DNA of 64,000 bases from a virus, in IMG/VR virus record IMGVR_UViG_3300045988_114753, one strand, 5' to 3'. Both the position numbers and the translations under genes were made by a program. The notes under the pieces were generated by a model, which was not told the origin of the DNA, made no database searches, and worked only from the letters and a program-made list of their open reading frames with translations. Positions 45,757-55,711 of this stretch are shown one piece after another (position 1 is the first letter of the stretch; every line of letters begins with the position of its first letter).

Positions 45757-46044
45757 CTATAATTCAATCCATAATTTAGTTTCTAACCAATTTACTTCAA
45801 CTGCATTCTTGATTTCTTCGCTCGTAGGTATCTTATTGTTTTCTTCGTAGTATTTATTGATAAATCGTCTTATGTCTTTGTATAATTCTACTGCAAACTC
45901 GTCGTCTTGTTTTAACCCCATTTTATTTAGGTCTAATTCAAACTCGTAGTTATCAATAACATTATCGTCATTACTAATCTCTAAATCAATTATTACTTTA
46001 TTATCTGCTAAATCTTTAATGTCCCAAATACAACAATTAAACAT
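45757..46044 (-). CDS. hypothetical protein
   Basis: Track ORF. Confidence 0.6.
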   Translation of the reverse strand: MFNCCIWDIKDLADNKVIIDLEISNDDNVIDNYEFELDLNKMGLKQDDEFAVELYKDIRRFINKYYEENNKIPTSEEIKNAVEVNWLETKLWIEL

Positions 46045-46046
46045 AT

Positions 46047-46274
46047 CTATTCCTCCTCAATCATACTATCGTCAAGTTCTATATTATTTCCGTTTTCGTC
46101 TATAACATTATGTCCTATAAACTCTAAAGAGTACCATTCTTCTCCCTCGTGTTTACAAGTCAAGCATTCCCAAGGGAAATAACACATTTCTCCCTCAAAT
46201 CTAACTGCTCCATATTCTAAATTATTTTCTCCACAAAAAGGACAATACCCTCCATTATTACTTTTTACTTTCAT
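46047..46274 (-). CDS. zinc-ribbon protein
   Basis: CPFCGENN...CLTCKH. Confidence 0.6.
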   Translation of the reverse strand: MKVKSNNGGYCPFCGENNLEYGAVRFEGEMCYFPWECLTCKHEGEEWYSLEFIGHNVIDENGNNIELDDSMIEEE

Positions 46275-46285
46275 ATTATTACCTC

Positions 46286-46585
46286 CTAATAGTTTTCTAT
46301 TAATTCTAATAAATCTTTTTCAGTTATTTTATTATTTTGTGTATAGTCTAAATACCAATTACAAATGTCCCAAACTCTATTTAAGTCTTCTTCCATTTCA
46401 GTATACATATTATTTTGGAAATATTCAAACTCATCTCTACACCAATCTAAAAGTTCTTCTGCTCCTTGTTCGCCCTTATTTACGGCTTGTGTAATATTTT
46501 CTTTTAAATTTTTGTTGTCAAGATTGTAGTATTCAGTATAACTTTTCCAAAAATCATATAATCTATCAATTAATTTCTCTTTCAT
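46286..46585 (-). CDS. hypothetical protein
   Basis: Track ORF. Confidence 0.6.
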   Translation of the reverse strand: MKEKLIDRLYDFWKSYTEYYNLDNKNLKENITQAVNKGEQGAEELLDWCRDEFEYFQNNMYTEMEEDLNRVWDICNWYLDYTQNNKITEKDLLELIENY

Positions 46586-46586
46586 A

Positions 46587-46940
46587 CTATTCCTCCTCTA
46601 ACCACTTTGTTAAATTCTCTAGGTCTTTATAGTCTACATATTCAAAACCTATGAACGGACAAGGCTCACAATAATAAATGTGTGTACCATTATATTCTTT
46701 ATAATTTAATTCCTCGCCACATAAAGGACACTTTGTAGCATATTCTTCATTAATTCTATCAACAATTTCTTGTATCAATTCATTACATTTTGCTACACTT
46801 TCGTCTTGATTTTTTAATTCGTCTTCAATATCTACAATTAAATCTTCTGCGTCTATCTTTTTTGCTTTAGTTTCCTTTTTTAATATTTCTAAACTTTCTT
46901 CTAATGTGTAGTTATCAAAGTCTTCATAAGTATATTTCAT
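46587..46940 (-). CDS. zinc-ribbon protein
   Basis: CPLCGEEL...YYCEPCPF. Confidence 0.6.
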   Translation of the reverse strand: MKYTYEDFDNYTLEESLEILKKETKAKKIDAEDLIVDIEDELKNQDESVAKCNELIQEIVDRINEEYATKCPLCGEELNYKEYNGTHIYYCEPCPFIGFEYVDYKDLENLTKWLEEE

Positions 46941-46952
46941 ATCTATTCCTCC

Positions 46953-47198
46953 CTATTTCTTTAATTCGTTCAATGCTTTGCTAAACATAAACTCCATTAA
47001 TTCTAAACAACTTAATACACTACCATAAGTATCAAACTTGCCACAAAACAATTCTTTTTTGTTAAGCACTATCGTTAAACAATAGTTGTTAGAACCTTTA
47101 TTTGCATAAGCAATTTTCCATTTTTTATATTTTAATACATTATCATTAAGTAATTTTATTTTATCTTCTATCATTTGTAGTTTTTCTTTTGGTGTCAT
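46953..47198 (-). CDS. hypothetical protein
   Basis: AGGAGG RBS. Confidence 0.6.
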   Translation of the reverse strand: MTPKEKLQMIEDKIKLLNDNVLKYKKWKIAYANKGSNNYCLTIVLNKKELFCGKFDTYGSVLSCLELMEFMFSKALNELKK

Positions 47199-47364
47199 TT
47201 TTAACTACCTCCTTAAATATATTTGCTACCATATTTATATTGTCTTCATAATCTTTATTAATTTTATCGCTCGTTTTCTTCTTCTCTTTTCTTAATTCCT
47301 CTCTTAAGAAGTCAACTTCGCTTTCTAATATAAAGATATATTCTATTAATTCTTCTTCGGTCAT
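47161..47364 (-). CDS. hypothetical protein
   Basis: First gene after promoter repeat P1. Confidence 0.6.
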   Translation of the reverse strand: MTEEELIEYIFILESEVDFLREELRKEKKKTSDKINKDYEDNINMVANIFKEVVKNDTKRKTTNDRR

Positions 47365-47372
47365 TTGTATTT

Positions 47373-47424
47373 CCTCCTCTTTACACTTTAATTATATCAC
47401 ATAAATCGTAAAGTAGGGAAGTAA
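47373..47424 (-). promoter_or_regulatory. early promoter-leader repeat P1
   Basis: Minus strand: TTACTTCCCTAC, N16, TATAAT (TGn extended), TAAAGTGTAAAGAGGAGG. Confidence 0.6.
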
Positions 47425-48051
47425 TTATGCAATTTTTAAATCTTTTTTCAAACTTTCTAGTTCATTATGAAAATCTGCTAACCAATCTTCTTCCCATTTT
47501 GTGCCGTCTTTGTGTCTTATGGCTATATTATAAAGTCCATAACCATAATTTAACTCGTCTTCGTCGTCTTGCCACTCGTGTTCGTCCCTAAAATAATCTA
47601 TGGCTCTACCCACAATTCTATTTACCAATTCACTAAATGTTTTGTAGTCTTCGTCCTCTACAAGTTTATTTAGTTGTAGGTCTAATATATTAAAACCACT
47701 TCCCGTGTCTACGGGTTGCCACTCATAAAAATCACAAAACTCTTTTAACAACTCTAAATCTTCGCCACCACTTAATTTTTGTAAGTCAATATTTTTAAAT
47801 TGTTCCTTAAACATTTGTTCGTATGCCATTTTTTTACCATAATCAGTGATGTCATATACTTCTTGATTAGGAATTTGATTTATACTATTGTAATATTCTG
47901 CATACATTTTCCACCTTTGTTCTCCGTCCTCTTTACACTCTTCTAATTTCTTATCTAATAAATCGTAAATTTGCTCCCAATAATGATATGCACTAACCAT
48001 ATTATTATCTTTATATGCTTGTCTGCATTTATCTATAAGTTCTTGATACAT
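47425..48051 (-). CDS. hypothetical protein
   Basis: Track ORF. Confidence 0.6.
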   Translation of the reverse strand: MYQELIDKCRQAYKDNNMVSAYHYWEQIYDLLDKKLEECKEDGEQRWKMYAEYYNSINQIPNQEVYDITDYGKKMAYEQMFKEQFKNIDLQKLSGGEDLELLKEFCDFYEWQPVDTGSGFNILDLQLNKLVEDEDYKTFSELVNRIVGRAIDYFRDEHEWQDDEDELNYGYGLYNIAIRHKDGTKWEEDWLADFHNELESLKKDLKIA

Positions 48052-48088
48052 AATTATTCCTCCTTATTATTGTAATAGAGAGTAATGG

Positions 48089-48718
48089 CTATTTTACCAT
48101 TACTTCCCTAACTACATTTAATACTTCTTCTTGTGTAGGTATTCTGCCAACACTATAATATAAGTCTTTAATGTCCTTTGATATTTCATAACAAACATTA
48201 AATAATTCTATTTCTTTATACCCTTTAATATTCATTTCTATTTCGTACTCTGCTAGTACATTATTATTATACCCAACTAGTATGATTTTTAAACCTTTTT
48301 CAGTATCATTTACACCAACTCCAATTAATGTTTCTAAAGGCTTATAATCTTCGTCGTCTTCCATATCTTCGTCGTCAAGTAATTTTTCTAAAAACTCCTC
48401 GTTTTCTTTATTAGTTTCTAACTCCTCAATTAAGTCTTTTACATAACTAATATAACTTTCAAAATCTTCTAAACTTTCTTTAATTGTAAAGTTATTTCTA
48501 TATTCTTCATTTTCTCTATACATATCTATTTCGCTATCTATATCAAAATTATCTATGTATTCTTTTAATTGTTCTAATAGAGTATCTCCATTTTTTTCAA
48601 TAGTGATAATCATATCAACTCCCTCGTTAGTCCAAGTTTCTAACTCATAACCACTTTCATTTTCTAATATAGTGAAGTAGTTTTCTAATATTTCTCTTTC
48701 ATTTTTTATAATTCTCAT
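48089..48718 (-). CDS. hypothetical acidic protein
   Basis: Track ORF; follows P2. Confidence 0.6.
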   Translation of the reverse strand: MRIIKNEREILENYFTILENESGYELETWTNEGVDMIITIEKNGDTLLEQLKEYIDNFDIDSEIDMYRENEEYRNNFTIKESLEDFESYISYVKDLIEELETNKENEEFLEKLLDDEDMEDDEDYKPLETLIGVGVNDTEKGLKIILVGYNNNVLAEYEIEMNIKGYKEIELFNVCYEISKDIKDLYYSVGRIPTQEEVLNVVREVMVK

Positions 48719-48724
48719 AATTTT

Positions 48725-48779
48725 CTCCTTTTCTCTTATATATTAATTATACCATATAAATCGCATAGTAGGGAAGTAA
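48725..48779 (-). promoter_or_regulatory. early promoter-leader repeat P2
   Basis: TTACTTCCCTAC, N16, TGGTATAAT. Confidence 0.6.
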
Positions 48780-48787
48780 AATGATAT

Positions 48788-49078
48788 TTAATAATACTTT
48801 TCTTTTTCTTCCTCACTTAATTCGTCTAGGTCAACAAAATCGTGTCCCATACTTTCTAATAAACTTTCTAAATCTGCCTTATTCATTTGATTTTTGAAAA
48901 GGTCATAAAGTTCTCCGTATGTAAAATTATCGTTAAACTCTTCGGTTATATAATTTTCTAGTACCTCTCCCGTCATATCAATTTCTTCAACCAAGTCCAT
49001 TAAATCAGTTGCCACTCTTTCCATATAAAAGTTTTGCATAAATGAACTTTTTAAAATATTTTTTAATTTTTCTTCCAT
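48788..49078 (-). CDS. hypothetical acidic protein
   Basis: ATG 49078, 7 nt after GGAGG. Confidence 0.6.
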   Translation of the reverse strand: MEEKLKNILKSSFMQNFYMERVATDLMDLVEEIDMTGEVLENYITEEFNDNFTYGELYDLFKNQMNKADLESLLESMGHDFVDLDELSEEEKEKYY

Positions 49079-49080
49079 AA

Positions 49081-49407
49081 TTATTCCTCCCAAACATTTA
49101 TTTTTTCTTTTTTATTATAGTATCTCATATAATTTTCTAACCAATCTTCTAACTCCCTAGTAAACATATTATCTCTTTTTAGATAAAACTTTAAGTTTTC
49201 ATAATCAATACTATTGTCTATGTAATAACCTATATACTCGTCAATGTCATTTAACTTGTCATAATGATTGTCTAATTTTTCAACAAGTTCATTCGCAAGA
49301 GTGAGAACTTTATCACATATTTCTTTATATTCGCTCTCATTCTTGCAATTTTCAAAATCATAATCTAAATCATTTAACTTGTCCTCAATTACTCTTAAAC
49401 TGCTCAT
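49081..49407 (-). CDS. hypothetical protein
   Basis: Track ORF. Confidence 0.6.
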   Translation of the reverse strand: MSSLRVIEDKLNDLDYDFENCKNESEYKEICDKVLTLANELVEKLDNHYDKLNDIDEYIGYYIDNSIDYENLKFYLKRDNMFTRELEDWLENYMRYYNKKEKINVWEE

Positions 49408-49408
49408 A

Positions 49409-50965
49409 TTAAAAGTTTACCTCCATTTTTCTACATTTTGCAAAATCTCTTAATGCTTGTTGTTCTTTTTCAGTAGGCTTTCTATTATGTAGTCCTCTAA
49501 CTTGTACTATTGTATTATGTCTTACCTCAAAAGTAATTAAACTTTCTTCTTTATTTGTTCTTAAGAAGTATATTAAACACTCCCCGTCAATAACTCTCTT
49601 AATATAACTTGCTACACAATGATTAAGTCTATCTCCCTCTTTCTTAAGGTCGTTGCTATTCTTTGGTGCTACTACATAGTACATTTTGCCCTTATATTCT
49701 TTAAAATCTTTGTATCTGCTTGTAAATGTTTCTTCTTTTTCCTTTTCTACTATTACTTTATGATTTCTGCTTGTTATATCGTGTGTTTGTTTTAAATAAC
49801 TTGAATATAATGTCGGCTTAATATCGTCCGTAGTACACATATTAAGATAATCTCTTAATTCAACCACAAAGTCGTTAATACTATTATACCCTTGATTGAT
49901 TGTTTCATTGATTACATAATTTGCGAACTTTCCAAATGAATAATTATCTCTAAACACTTGCTCGTGTGTATAACTAGTCAACATAGTGGCTAAAAGACTA
50001 TCGTTTCTGTTATAATAATAACCACTCCTATAAAACTCTATATTATAAAATCTTAAATCTTCTTCATAATGTTTCATTTCGTCAATAAGTTCAAACCACT
50101 CGTTTTCAGTTTTATGTAGATTATACTTTTCGTTATTTTCTCCACTAATAAAGTTTCTATTGTCAAATAACATTTTAATATCTCCTCGCTCAACGGCTTT
50201 GTCGTATGTTTCTTGTGATACACCTATAATTTTATTAATAGGTAGTGGCTTATCTACTTCTAATTTCAATAAATCGTCCACTATTTCTTTTGGAGAAGTT
50301 TTTAAAATTATTTCAAAAGACTTATTTACTGCATATCTTCTTCTTAATTCTTCTAGGTCAAGACTTCCCTCGTAGTTTACACCAAATAATGTATTGATAA
50401 ACTCTTTACTATCTACTCTTTGAAGAGAGTGTGTTATATTCCAATCAATACTATCTCTAGTAGTAGTTTCTTCTTTTTCTACTTCAAACACGGCTTGTTT
50501 GTTTTCAAAAAAACTAATTACATTTTCTTCTAACAACTTCAAATTAATTCTAGTATTATCTCTATTAATATTATATTTATATTTTTTTATAACAATACTT
50601 GCTAATTGAAAACTATAACCAACCACAACACAAAGTGTATCACTCTTGTTATAGATTGTATACACCACTTCGTCGCCTTGTAATTCGTCAAGTGCTAAAC
50701 CAGTTGCCAAATCAAAATATGTCCCATTTGTTCTGCCGTCATACTTAACAACTACTTTACTTGAAAGTGGTACAAAATTATTTGTATAAACATTTTCCAC
50801 TTCCTTATGTAATTCGTCGGTCTTCAATTCTAAATCTTTTTGTAGTTTATTTATTTGTCTTTTGATTTCTTTTATTTTATCGTCGTTATTTGTAGAACTA
50901 TTACCAATTAAACTTGTTAGGTCGTGTTCCTCTGCTTTAAAATATTCCTTTATATAATTTACCAT
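49409..50965 (-). CDS. PcfJ-like domain protein
   Basis: C-terminal GDRLNHCVASYIKRVIDGECLIYFLR matches the PcfJ-like signature as I recall it. Confidence 0.55.
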   Translation of the reverse strand: MVNYIKEYFKAEEHDLTSLIGNSSTNNDDKIKEIKRQINKLQKDLELKTDELHKEVENVYTNNFVPLSSKVVVKYDGRTNGTYFDLATGLALDELQGDEVVYTIYNKSDTLCVVVGYSFQLASIVIKKYKYNINRDNTRINLKLLEENVISFFENKQAVFEVEKEETTTRDSIDWNITHSLQRVDSKEFINTLFGVNYEGSLDLEELRRRYAVNKSFEIILKTSPKEIVDDLLKLEVDKPLPINKIIGVSQETYDKAVERGDIKMLFDNRNFISGENNEKYNLHKTENEWFELIDEMKHYEEDLRFYNIEFYRSGYYYNRNDSLLATMLTSYTHEQVFRDNYSFGKFANYVINETINQGYNSINDFVVELRDYLNMCTTDDIKPTLYSSYLKQTHDITSRNHKVIVEKEKEETFTSRYKDFKEYKGKMYYVVAPKNSNDLKKEGDRLNHCVASYIKRVIDGECLIYFLRTNKEESLITFEVRHNTIVQVRGLHNRKPTEKEQQALRDFAKCRKMEVNF

Positions 50966-50976
50966 AATACTCCTCC

Positions 50977-51525
50977 TTATAATAATTCTTTATTTTCCTT
51001 AATATCTATTATTTTAAAATTACGACAACCACAATTTCTATGAACTCTAGTGTTATGTTTATAAGATAAGAATACCTCTCTTGTCATTCTATATCTATAC
51101 CATTCACACCCACATTTTTCACAAACTATTTTATACTTATAAGAACTTTCTCGGTGGTCGCTTGTAGGTCTAACCTCATTTGCTCTTGCATAAATGTTAT
51201 CAATGCTCGTTGTTCTTGTGATGTGATAATCAGTTCTATTATTTACATATCCTGCATAATATTGCCACTTTGCCTTATGCCCTATCGTGTCTTTAAAAGT
51301 ATGCAATATTTCGTGAATGATTGTATTTTTAATATCGTGGTCTAAACCTATTTCTAATAACCAACTAGATATATTAATATCTCTTTTATCAACACATTGT
51401 CCTAGTCTATTCTTTGCTTTATAGTTAATTGTAAAATGAAGATTTTTTGGTATCATTTTACCTAGTCCAATATCTTCTAATTCTTTTATACTTTCTTTAC
51501 TTAATCTTATCAACTTTTCGTTCAT
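50977..51525 (-). CDS. SprT-like zinc metalloprotease with C-terminal zinc ribbon
   Basis: HExxH in TIIHEILHTF; CEKCGC...CGCRNF. Confidence 0.65.
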   Translation of the reverse strand: MNEKLIRLSKESIKELEDIGLGKMIPKNLHFTINYKAKNRLGQCVDKRDINISSWLLEIGLDHDIKNTIIHEILHTFKDTIGHKAKWQYYAGYVNNRTDYHITRTTSIDNIYARANEVRPTSDHRESSYKYKIVCEKCGCEWYRYRMTREVFLSYKHNTRVHRNCGCRNFKIIDIKENKELL

Positions 51526-51535
51526 AATTGTTCTT

Positions 51536-51587
51536 CCTCCTCTTTACACTTATATTATAACATATAATTTAAAAAGTAGGGAAGTAA
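51536..51587 (-). promoter_or_regulatory. early promoter-leader repeat P3
   Basis: TTACTTCCCTAC, N16, TATAAT, ATAAGTGTAAAGAGGAGG. Confidence 0.6.
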
Positions 51588-51589
51588 AT

Positions 51590-51838
51590 TTAACTAATTA
51601 AGATAAATTTTTCATTTTCTTTAACACTACTACCAATGTTTTCATTAATTAAATCTACTATCATAGTGTTTTCTTCTTCGCCGTCGTTTTCAACAAGTTC
51701 ACAATACCAAGCATTATGTACTCCATTTAATTCGTCGTCGTTTCCTAAAAATACTCTTATTTTAGATAAATCTAACCCTTGTTCTTCTAATTTTAGTGCC
51801 ACTTCTAATATGCTTTGCATAGTTAATTGTGTATTCAT
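51590..51838 (-). CDS. hypothetical protein
   Basis: Track ORF. Confidence 0.6.
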   Translation of the reverse strand: MNTQLTMQSILEVALKLEEQGLDLSKIRVFLGNDDELNGVHNAWYCELVENDGEEENTMIVDLINENIGSSVKENEKFILIS

Positions 51839-52008
51839 TATTTTTCCTCCTTTACATTTAATACAAACACTTGTTCGCTATCGTTCAAATCAATATATAA
51901 TTCGTTTTTATCGGTCAAATAAATACTTGCTCCGTTTTCGTATGCTAATTCCTCAATATGTTCTGCTATAATCTCGTATAAATTATTCATTAATTGTTCT
52001 TTTGTCAT
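51838..52008 (-). CDS. 56-aa hypothetical protein (below track cut-off)
   Basis: TAATG overlaps at both ends. Translates to MTKEQLMNNLYEIIAEHIEE... Confidence 0.5.
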   Translation of the reverse strand: MTKEQLMNNLYEIIAEHIEELAYENGASIYLTDKNELYIDLNDSEQVFVLNVKEEK

Positions 52009-52247
52009 TATATTACACCTCTATTCTTTAAACCCTCGTATGCACTATATTCGTGCTTTGAAATAGGTTTTACAACCATATATAAAGTAGTACATTGCTC
52101 TAATATAATATAATCAATTATTCTATATGCCTTACCATTTAATTCTAATGTTGCTCCTATCGGTGCTAATGAAATAGATTGCATACTTCCTACTTTTGTA
52201 TAATTTACATTTTCATATATTAATATCTGCATATTACCATTATACAT
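52008..52247 (-). CDS. hypothetical protein
   Basis: Track ORF. Confidence 0.6.
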   Translation of the reverse strand: MYNGNMQILIYENVNYTKVGSMQSISLAPIGATLELNGKAYRIIDYIILEQCTTLYMVVKPISKHEYSAYEGLKNRGVI

Positions 52248-52249
52248 AA

Positions 52250-52567
52250 TTATTCTCCTTTACATAGTGGTATATGATTTACCACCTTAAAATTGTGTGC
52301 TTGAAATTTTTTATTTATATTAAAATCAATATCTTTCATAAGTTGCATTAATTCTTCCATACTTTCCAAAACATTATTTTCCTTTTTAAAATCATATACA
52401 CAACTATATAAATTACTATAATCGTGTTCCCTTTCTCCACTCATATATTCTGCATAACTCATTTTTATTGCTTTATCTCTACAATTTGATAGTTTATAAT
52501 ATAAATCATTATATTCTTCACTACAATATTTTTCTACTAATTCTAATCTTTTTAATAAATCTTCCAT
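52250..52567 (-). CDS. hypothetical protein
   Basis: Track ORF. Confidence 0.6.
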   Translation of the reverse strand: MEDLLKRLELVEKYCSEEYNDLYYKLSNCRDKAIKMSYAEYMSGEREHDYSNLYSCVYDFKKENNVLESMEELMQLMKDIDFNINKKFQAHNFKVVNHIPLCKGE

Positions 52568-52570
52568 AAT

Positions 52571-52903
52571 TTACTCTCCCTCATTATCACTAAACATATC
52601 TAAAAAGTCTAGTGCTTGATAATTTCCAAAATCAGTTAATTCTCTCAATTTGTCATAATAATCAAAATTGTCCTCTTTTTGTGATAATTCGTCTAGTGCT
52701 TTAATTAAACCATTTTCAAGTTTTTTAACATAATCTATATTCAACTCGTGTACTAATTCCATTTCACTCTCGTTGCCAATTTGATTAATTATATCTAGTG
52801 GTGCAATTATCTTATCAAAACATTTTTGCATTGTTTTTTCTTTAACTTTGAATAGATTTCCACCTCTATCAATAACTATTACATAAGGCTCTTCGTTAAA
52901 CAT
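52571..52903 (-). CDS. hypothetical protein
   Basis: Track ORF. Confidence 0.6.
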   Translation of the reverse strand: MFNEEPYVIVIDRGGNLFKVKEKTMQKCFDKIIAPLDIINQIGNESEMELVHELNIDYVKKLENGLIKALDELSQKEDNFDYYDKLRELTDFGNYQALDFLDMFSDNEGE

Positions 52904-52904
52904 A

Positions 52905-53168
52905 TTATTTACCTCCTTTGGCTAATTTTTCTAACTTTTCAGTATCAAACATTATGTTTTTGAATAAAACATTTTCTTTTGTTTTTTTAGTATCTACAAT
53001 ATCAAGATAATCGCTCTTTGATATATCAGTATTACTTTCAAGGTCAAGTATATGTTTATCTCCATTATCTTTTTCAATAATCATAACTCCCTCTTTATTT
53101 CCATAACCTTGTTCGTGGTGTTTATTTACTATTACCACATTTGTTTTTATTTTAACTTCTTTAATCAT
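52905..53168 (-). CDS. hypothetical protein
   Basis: ATG 53168 downstream of AGGAGG. The track GTG at 53201 abuts the predicted -10 box (53202-53207), so it is upstream of the expected transcription start. Confidence 0.55.
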   Translation of the reverse strand: MIKEVKIKTNVVIVNKHHEQGYGNKEGVMIIEKDNGDKHILDLESNTDISKSDYLDIVDTKKTKENVLFKNIMFDTEKLEKLAKGGK

Positions 53169-53201
53169 TTTTGTTTTGCTCCTCCTTTTAATATTTTCCA
53201 C

Positions 53202-53230
53202 CTTATAGGCTTTAGGAATAGTATTGTAAA
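53202..53230 (-). promoter_or_regulatory. sigma-A-like promoter
   Basis: Minus strand TTTACA, 17 nt, TATAAG. Confidence 0.45.
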
Positions 53231-53262
53231 AGATTAGGAAAGACTACAACAATACTACTCAT

Positions 53263-53283
53263 AAAACCTACAAAATAGGTTTT
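53263..53283. terminator. hairpin terminator after the 53292 gene
   Basis: AAAACCTA-caaaa-TAGGTTTT with flanking A/T runs. Confidence 0.4.
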
Positions 53284-53291
53284 TTGCCGTG

Positions 53292-53531
53292 TTATAACCA
53301 ACGGCTTTCGCTTTCCTTTAGTCCTACAACATAACCATAATCGTTGTCTTTAACCACAAAGGAATTTTCTTTTATTCTAACCAAGAACTCCGTGTTTTCT
53401 TTGTTAATTTTATTATGTCTTTTAACTAACTTTGTTAGTCTTTTGCAAGTTCTTTTATATTCTCTTCTGCTTTTTATTTCCTTGCTATCTAATAATTTTA
53501 GTGTGTTTACACTTCTTATTTCCATTATCAT
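53292..53531 (-). CDS. hypothetical basic protein
   Basis: Track ORF; follows P4. Confidence 0.6.
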   Translation of the reverse strand: MIMEIRSVNTLKLLDSKEIKSRREYKRTCKRLTKLVKRHNKINKENTEFLVRIKENSFVVKDNDYGYVVGLKESESRWL

Positions 53532-53537
53532 AATATT

Positions 53538-53588
53538 TCCTCCATTACATATTAATTATACCATACAATTTCGTAAGTAGGGAAGTAA
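53538..53588 (-). promoter_or_regulatory. early promoter-leader repeat P4
   Basis: TTACTTCCCTAC, N16, TGGTATAAT. Confidence 0.6.
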
Positions 53589-54680
53589 TTAGAAAGTTCT
53601 AGTAAGCAAATTAGTATCTGCTTTTTCAACCCCAATTAAACCTATTTCGCTACATACTTCGTCGCTTTTGTTATATACATAAGCATAACACTCTTTGTTT
53701 TGTAGGTCTTTTCTATCGGCTTTCCATTCTTCGGTGTTATTGCTAACATAAAGCATACTATATAGATTTCCAAAATTACTTTTTGTATATATAATATGAT
53801 ATACATAAGCATTATAATTTTTTTCAAAATTGTTTATGTCTCTTATTAAGTCCATTTCTCCGTCTTTTACTTCTCTTATGTAGTATCTATCACTCATATA
53901 CAATTTATCACTAAATCGTGGCTCTAAACCTAATAATTCTATTCTCTTTTTACTTTCTGCTATTTGTTCTTTAGTAGGCTTGTATTCTCTTCTAGGGACG
54001 GCTTTTATTTCTACATCTTTACCTATTGTTTCTTTCATACAATATGCTTGTTTGTAATTATCGTATATTTTCATATTTCCCTCAAACACATTATAATAAA
54101 AACTACCTTGTGTGCCTTTTGGTGTAATATTTCCATAAGTTTTGCTATATAAATAATACTTGCCGTCGTGTTTTTCTTCTAAAAATTGCATAAACAACTC
54201 ATAATATTTTTCTAGTACCTCGTGTGTCCTTGCTAATTCTTTGTTATATTCTTCTGCTCTATAATATACTTTACTCTTTCCGTCTTTGCTTTCCCACTCT
54301 AAAACATACTCATAATTGCCACTCTCTATTTCAGTTTGTGTTATAGGTGTATATGTACTACTTATTTGTTCTCCTAAACAATATTCAGTATAGTGCATAG
54401 TAGATAATTCATATAAATCGTATTCACTATATCTCGCTCTTATTTCTTCATTTGTCTTATATAAAGCATAATTCCAATCATAACAACTATCATTTAAAAC
54501 TAAACCTCCACCATTAATTCCTCGTAAAAGTCTTAATTCTTTTTCGTGATAATCTTGTTCGTCTGCTCTAAACTCCCACCTACTATATGTTTTTGGCGTA
54601 CAATTACTACACGCACTTGTTATAAATATTTTACCCTCTTTAGGCTTTAATGTTATATTTTTTACTCTTTCAACACTCAT
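53589..54680 (-). CDS. hypothetical protein (363 aa)
   Basis: Track ORF. Confidence 0.65.
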   Translation of the reverse strand: MSVERVKNITLKPKEGKIFITSACSNCTPKTYSRWEFRADEQDYHEKELRLLRGINGGGLVLNDSCYDWNYALYKTNEEIRARYSEYDLYELSTMHYTEYCLGEQISSTYTPITQTEIESGNYEYVLEWESKDGKSKVYYRAEEYNKELARTHEVLEKYYELFMQFLEEKHDGKYYLYSKTYGNITPKGTQGSFYYNVFEGNMKIYDNYKQAYCMKETIGKDVEIKAVPRREYKPTKEQIAESKKRIELLGLEPRFSDKLYMSDRYYIREVKDGEMDLIRDINNFEKNYNAYVYHIIYTKSNFGNLYSMLYVSNNTEEWKADRKDLQNKECYAYVYNKSDEVCSEIGLIGVEKADTNLLTRTF

Positions 54681-54682
54681 AA

Positions 54683-55021
54683 CTATATCTCCTTTCTTTT
54701 TCTATTTTCTATTGCTTTATTATGTGCTAAAATTTCTTTTTTACTTCTATCGTTCATTTTATTAATTTTTCTTCTTTTATTTTTATATTCAACTTGTTTA
54801 TCAATATTTTGTTTGTGTGTTATAATAAGTTGTTCTATTATATTATTAAATTGCATATAGTCGTCATAAGTAATTGTCGTTATATCGCCATTAAACCATT
54901 TAACTTTTACCACCTTGTCTTTATTTTTTCCAAAAATTTCTTTGCTATATTTCATTATTAAGTTTTCCATTTTTATTAGTGTATTTATTTTTTCTTTACT
55001 AAAATATAATTGTCTTGCCAT
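54683..55021 (-). CDS. hypothetical basic protein
   Basis: ATG 55021 after GAGGTGGA. The C-terminus DRSKKEILAHNKAIENRKRK is shared with the ORF at 55712. Confidence 0.6.
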   Translation of the reverse strand: MARQLYFSKEKINTLIKMENLIMKYSKEIFGKNKDKVVKVKWFNGDITTITYDDYMQFNNIIEQLIITHKQNIDKQVEYKNKRRKINKMNDRSKKEILAHNKAIENRKRKEI

Positions 55022-55022
55022 A

Positions 55023-55364
55023 TTATTCCACCTCAACTAAACTATTATATGTTACACCCTCACAATCAGTATAAACATTTTTCTCAACTTTGCATTTTGT
55101 ATCAAAATAATTTTTTTGGTCGTTATAGACTTCCATAACTCTATCATAACCTAATATATCAATATATTCTTCTGCATAAGGCTTGTTATAATATTCACTA
55201 CAAGCATTGATACAAACACTTGTGAAAATGTCTTCCCCATATACCAAGCAACTCATAATCATACTTCTTAAACTTAATTCTTCTAATTCCAATTCTTGCT
55301 CTTTAGTTAATGTTTCTAGTCTTCTTAATGATTGCTCTTGTTTTCTTATTTCTTCTCTATTCAT
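55023..55364 (-). CDS. hypothetical protein
   Basis: Track ORF; follows P5. Confidence 0.6.
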   Translation of the reverse strand: MNREEIRKQEQSLRRLETLTKEQELELEELSLRSMIMSCLVYGEDIFTSVCINACSEYYNKPYAEEYIDILGYDRVMEVYNDQKNYFDTKCKVEKNVYTDCEGVTYNSLVEVE

Positions 55365-55375
55365 ATATAGTCCTC

Positions 55376-55427
55376 CTTTGTCTTTACACTTATATTATAA
55401 CATAAGATTTTCCAAGTAGGGAAGTAT
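55376..55427 (-). promoter_or_regulatory. early promoter-leader repeat P5
   Basis: TACTTCCCTAC, N16, TATAAT, ATAAGTGTAAAGA. Confidence 0.6.
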
Positions 55428-55702
55428 TATGCAAAATTATCAACAAAATATTTTATATCAATTACTTTATCTTTATCGTCAGTAATATATTCATAATAAT
55501 ATTTTATAATTAGTGGTGGCTTTCCAACCTCTGCTAATTCTATGCTACAAATAAACATATCTAAATCTTCGTCGTATACTTCATTAGCATTGCTTATTTC
55601 GTCCTTATAATCGCAAGTATCTTTACTATACCACCTATTAAAATATTCAGTGGCTTTTTTGCCTATATATTCTCCTAATTTATCATAATCTATATTATAC
55701 AT
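55427..55702 (-). CDS. hypothetical protein
   Basis: Track ORF. Confidence 0.6.
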   Translation of the reverse strand: MYNIDYDKLGEYIGKKATEYFNRWYSKDTCDYKDEISNANEVYDEDLDMFICSIELAEVGKPPLIIKYYYEYITDDKDKVIDIKYFVDNFA

Positions 55703-55711
55703 AATTACCTC

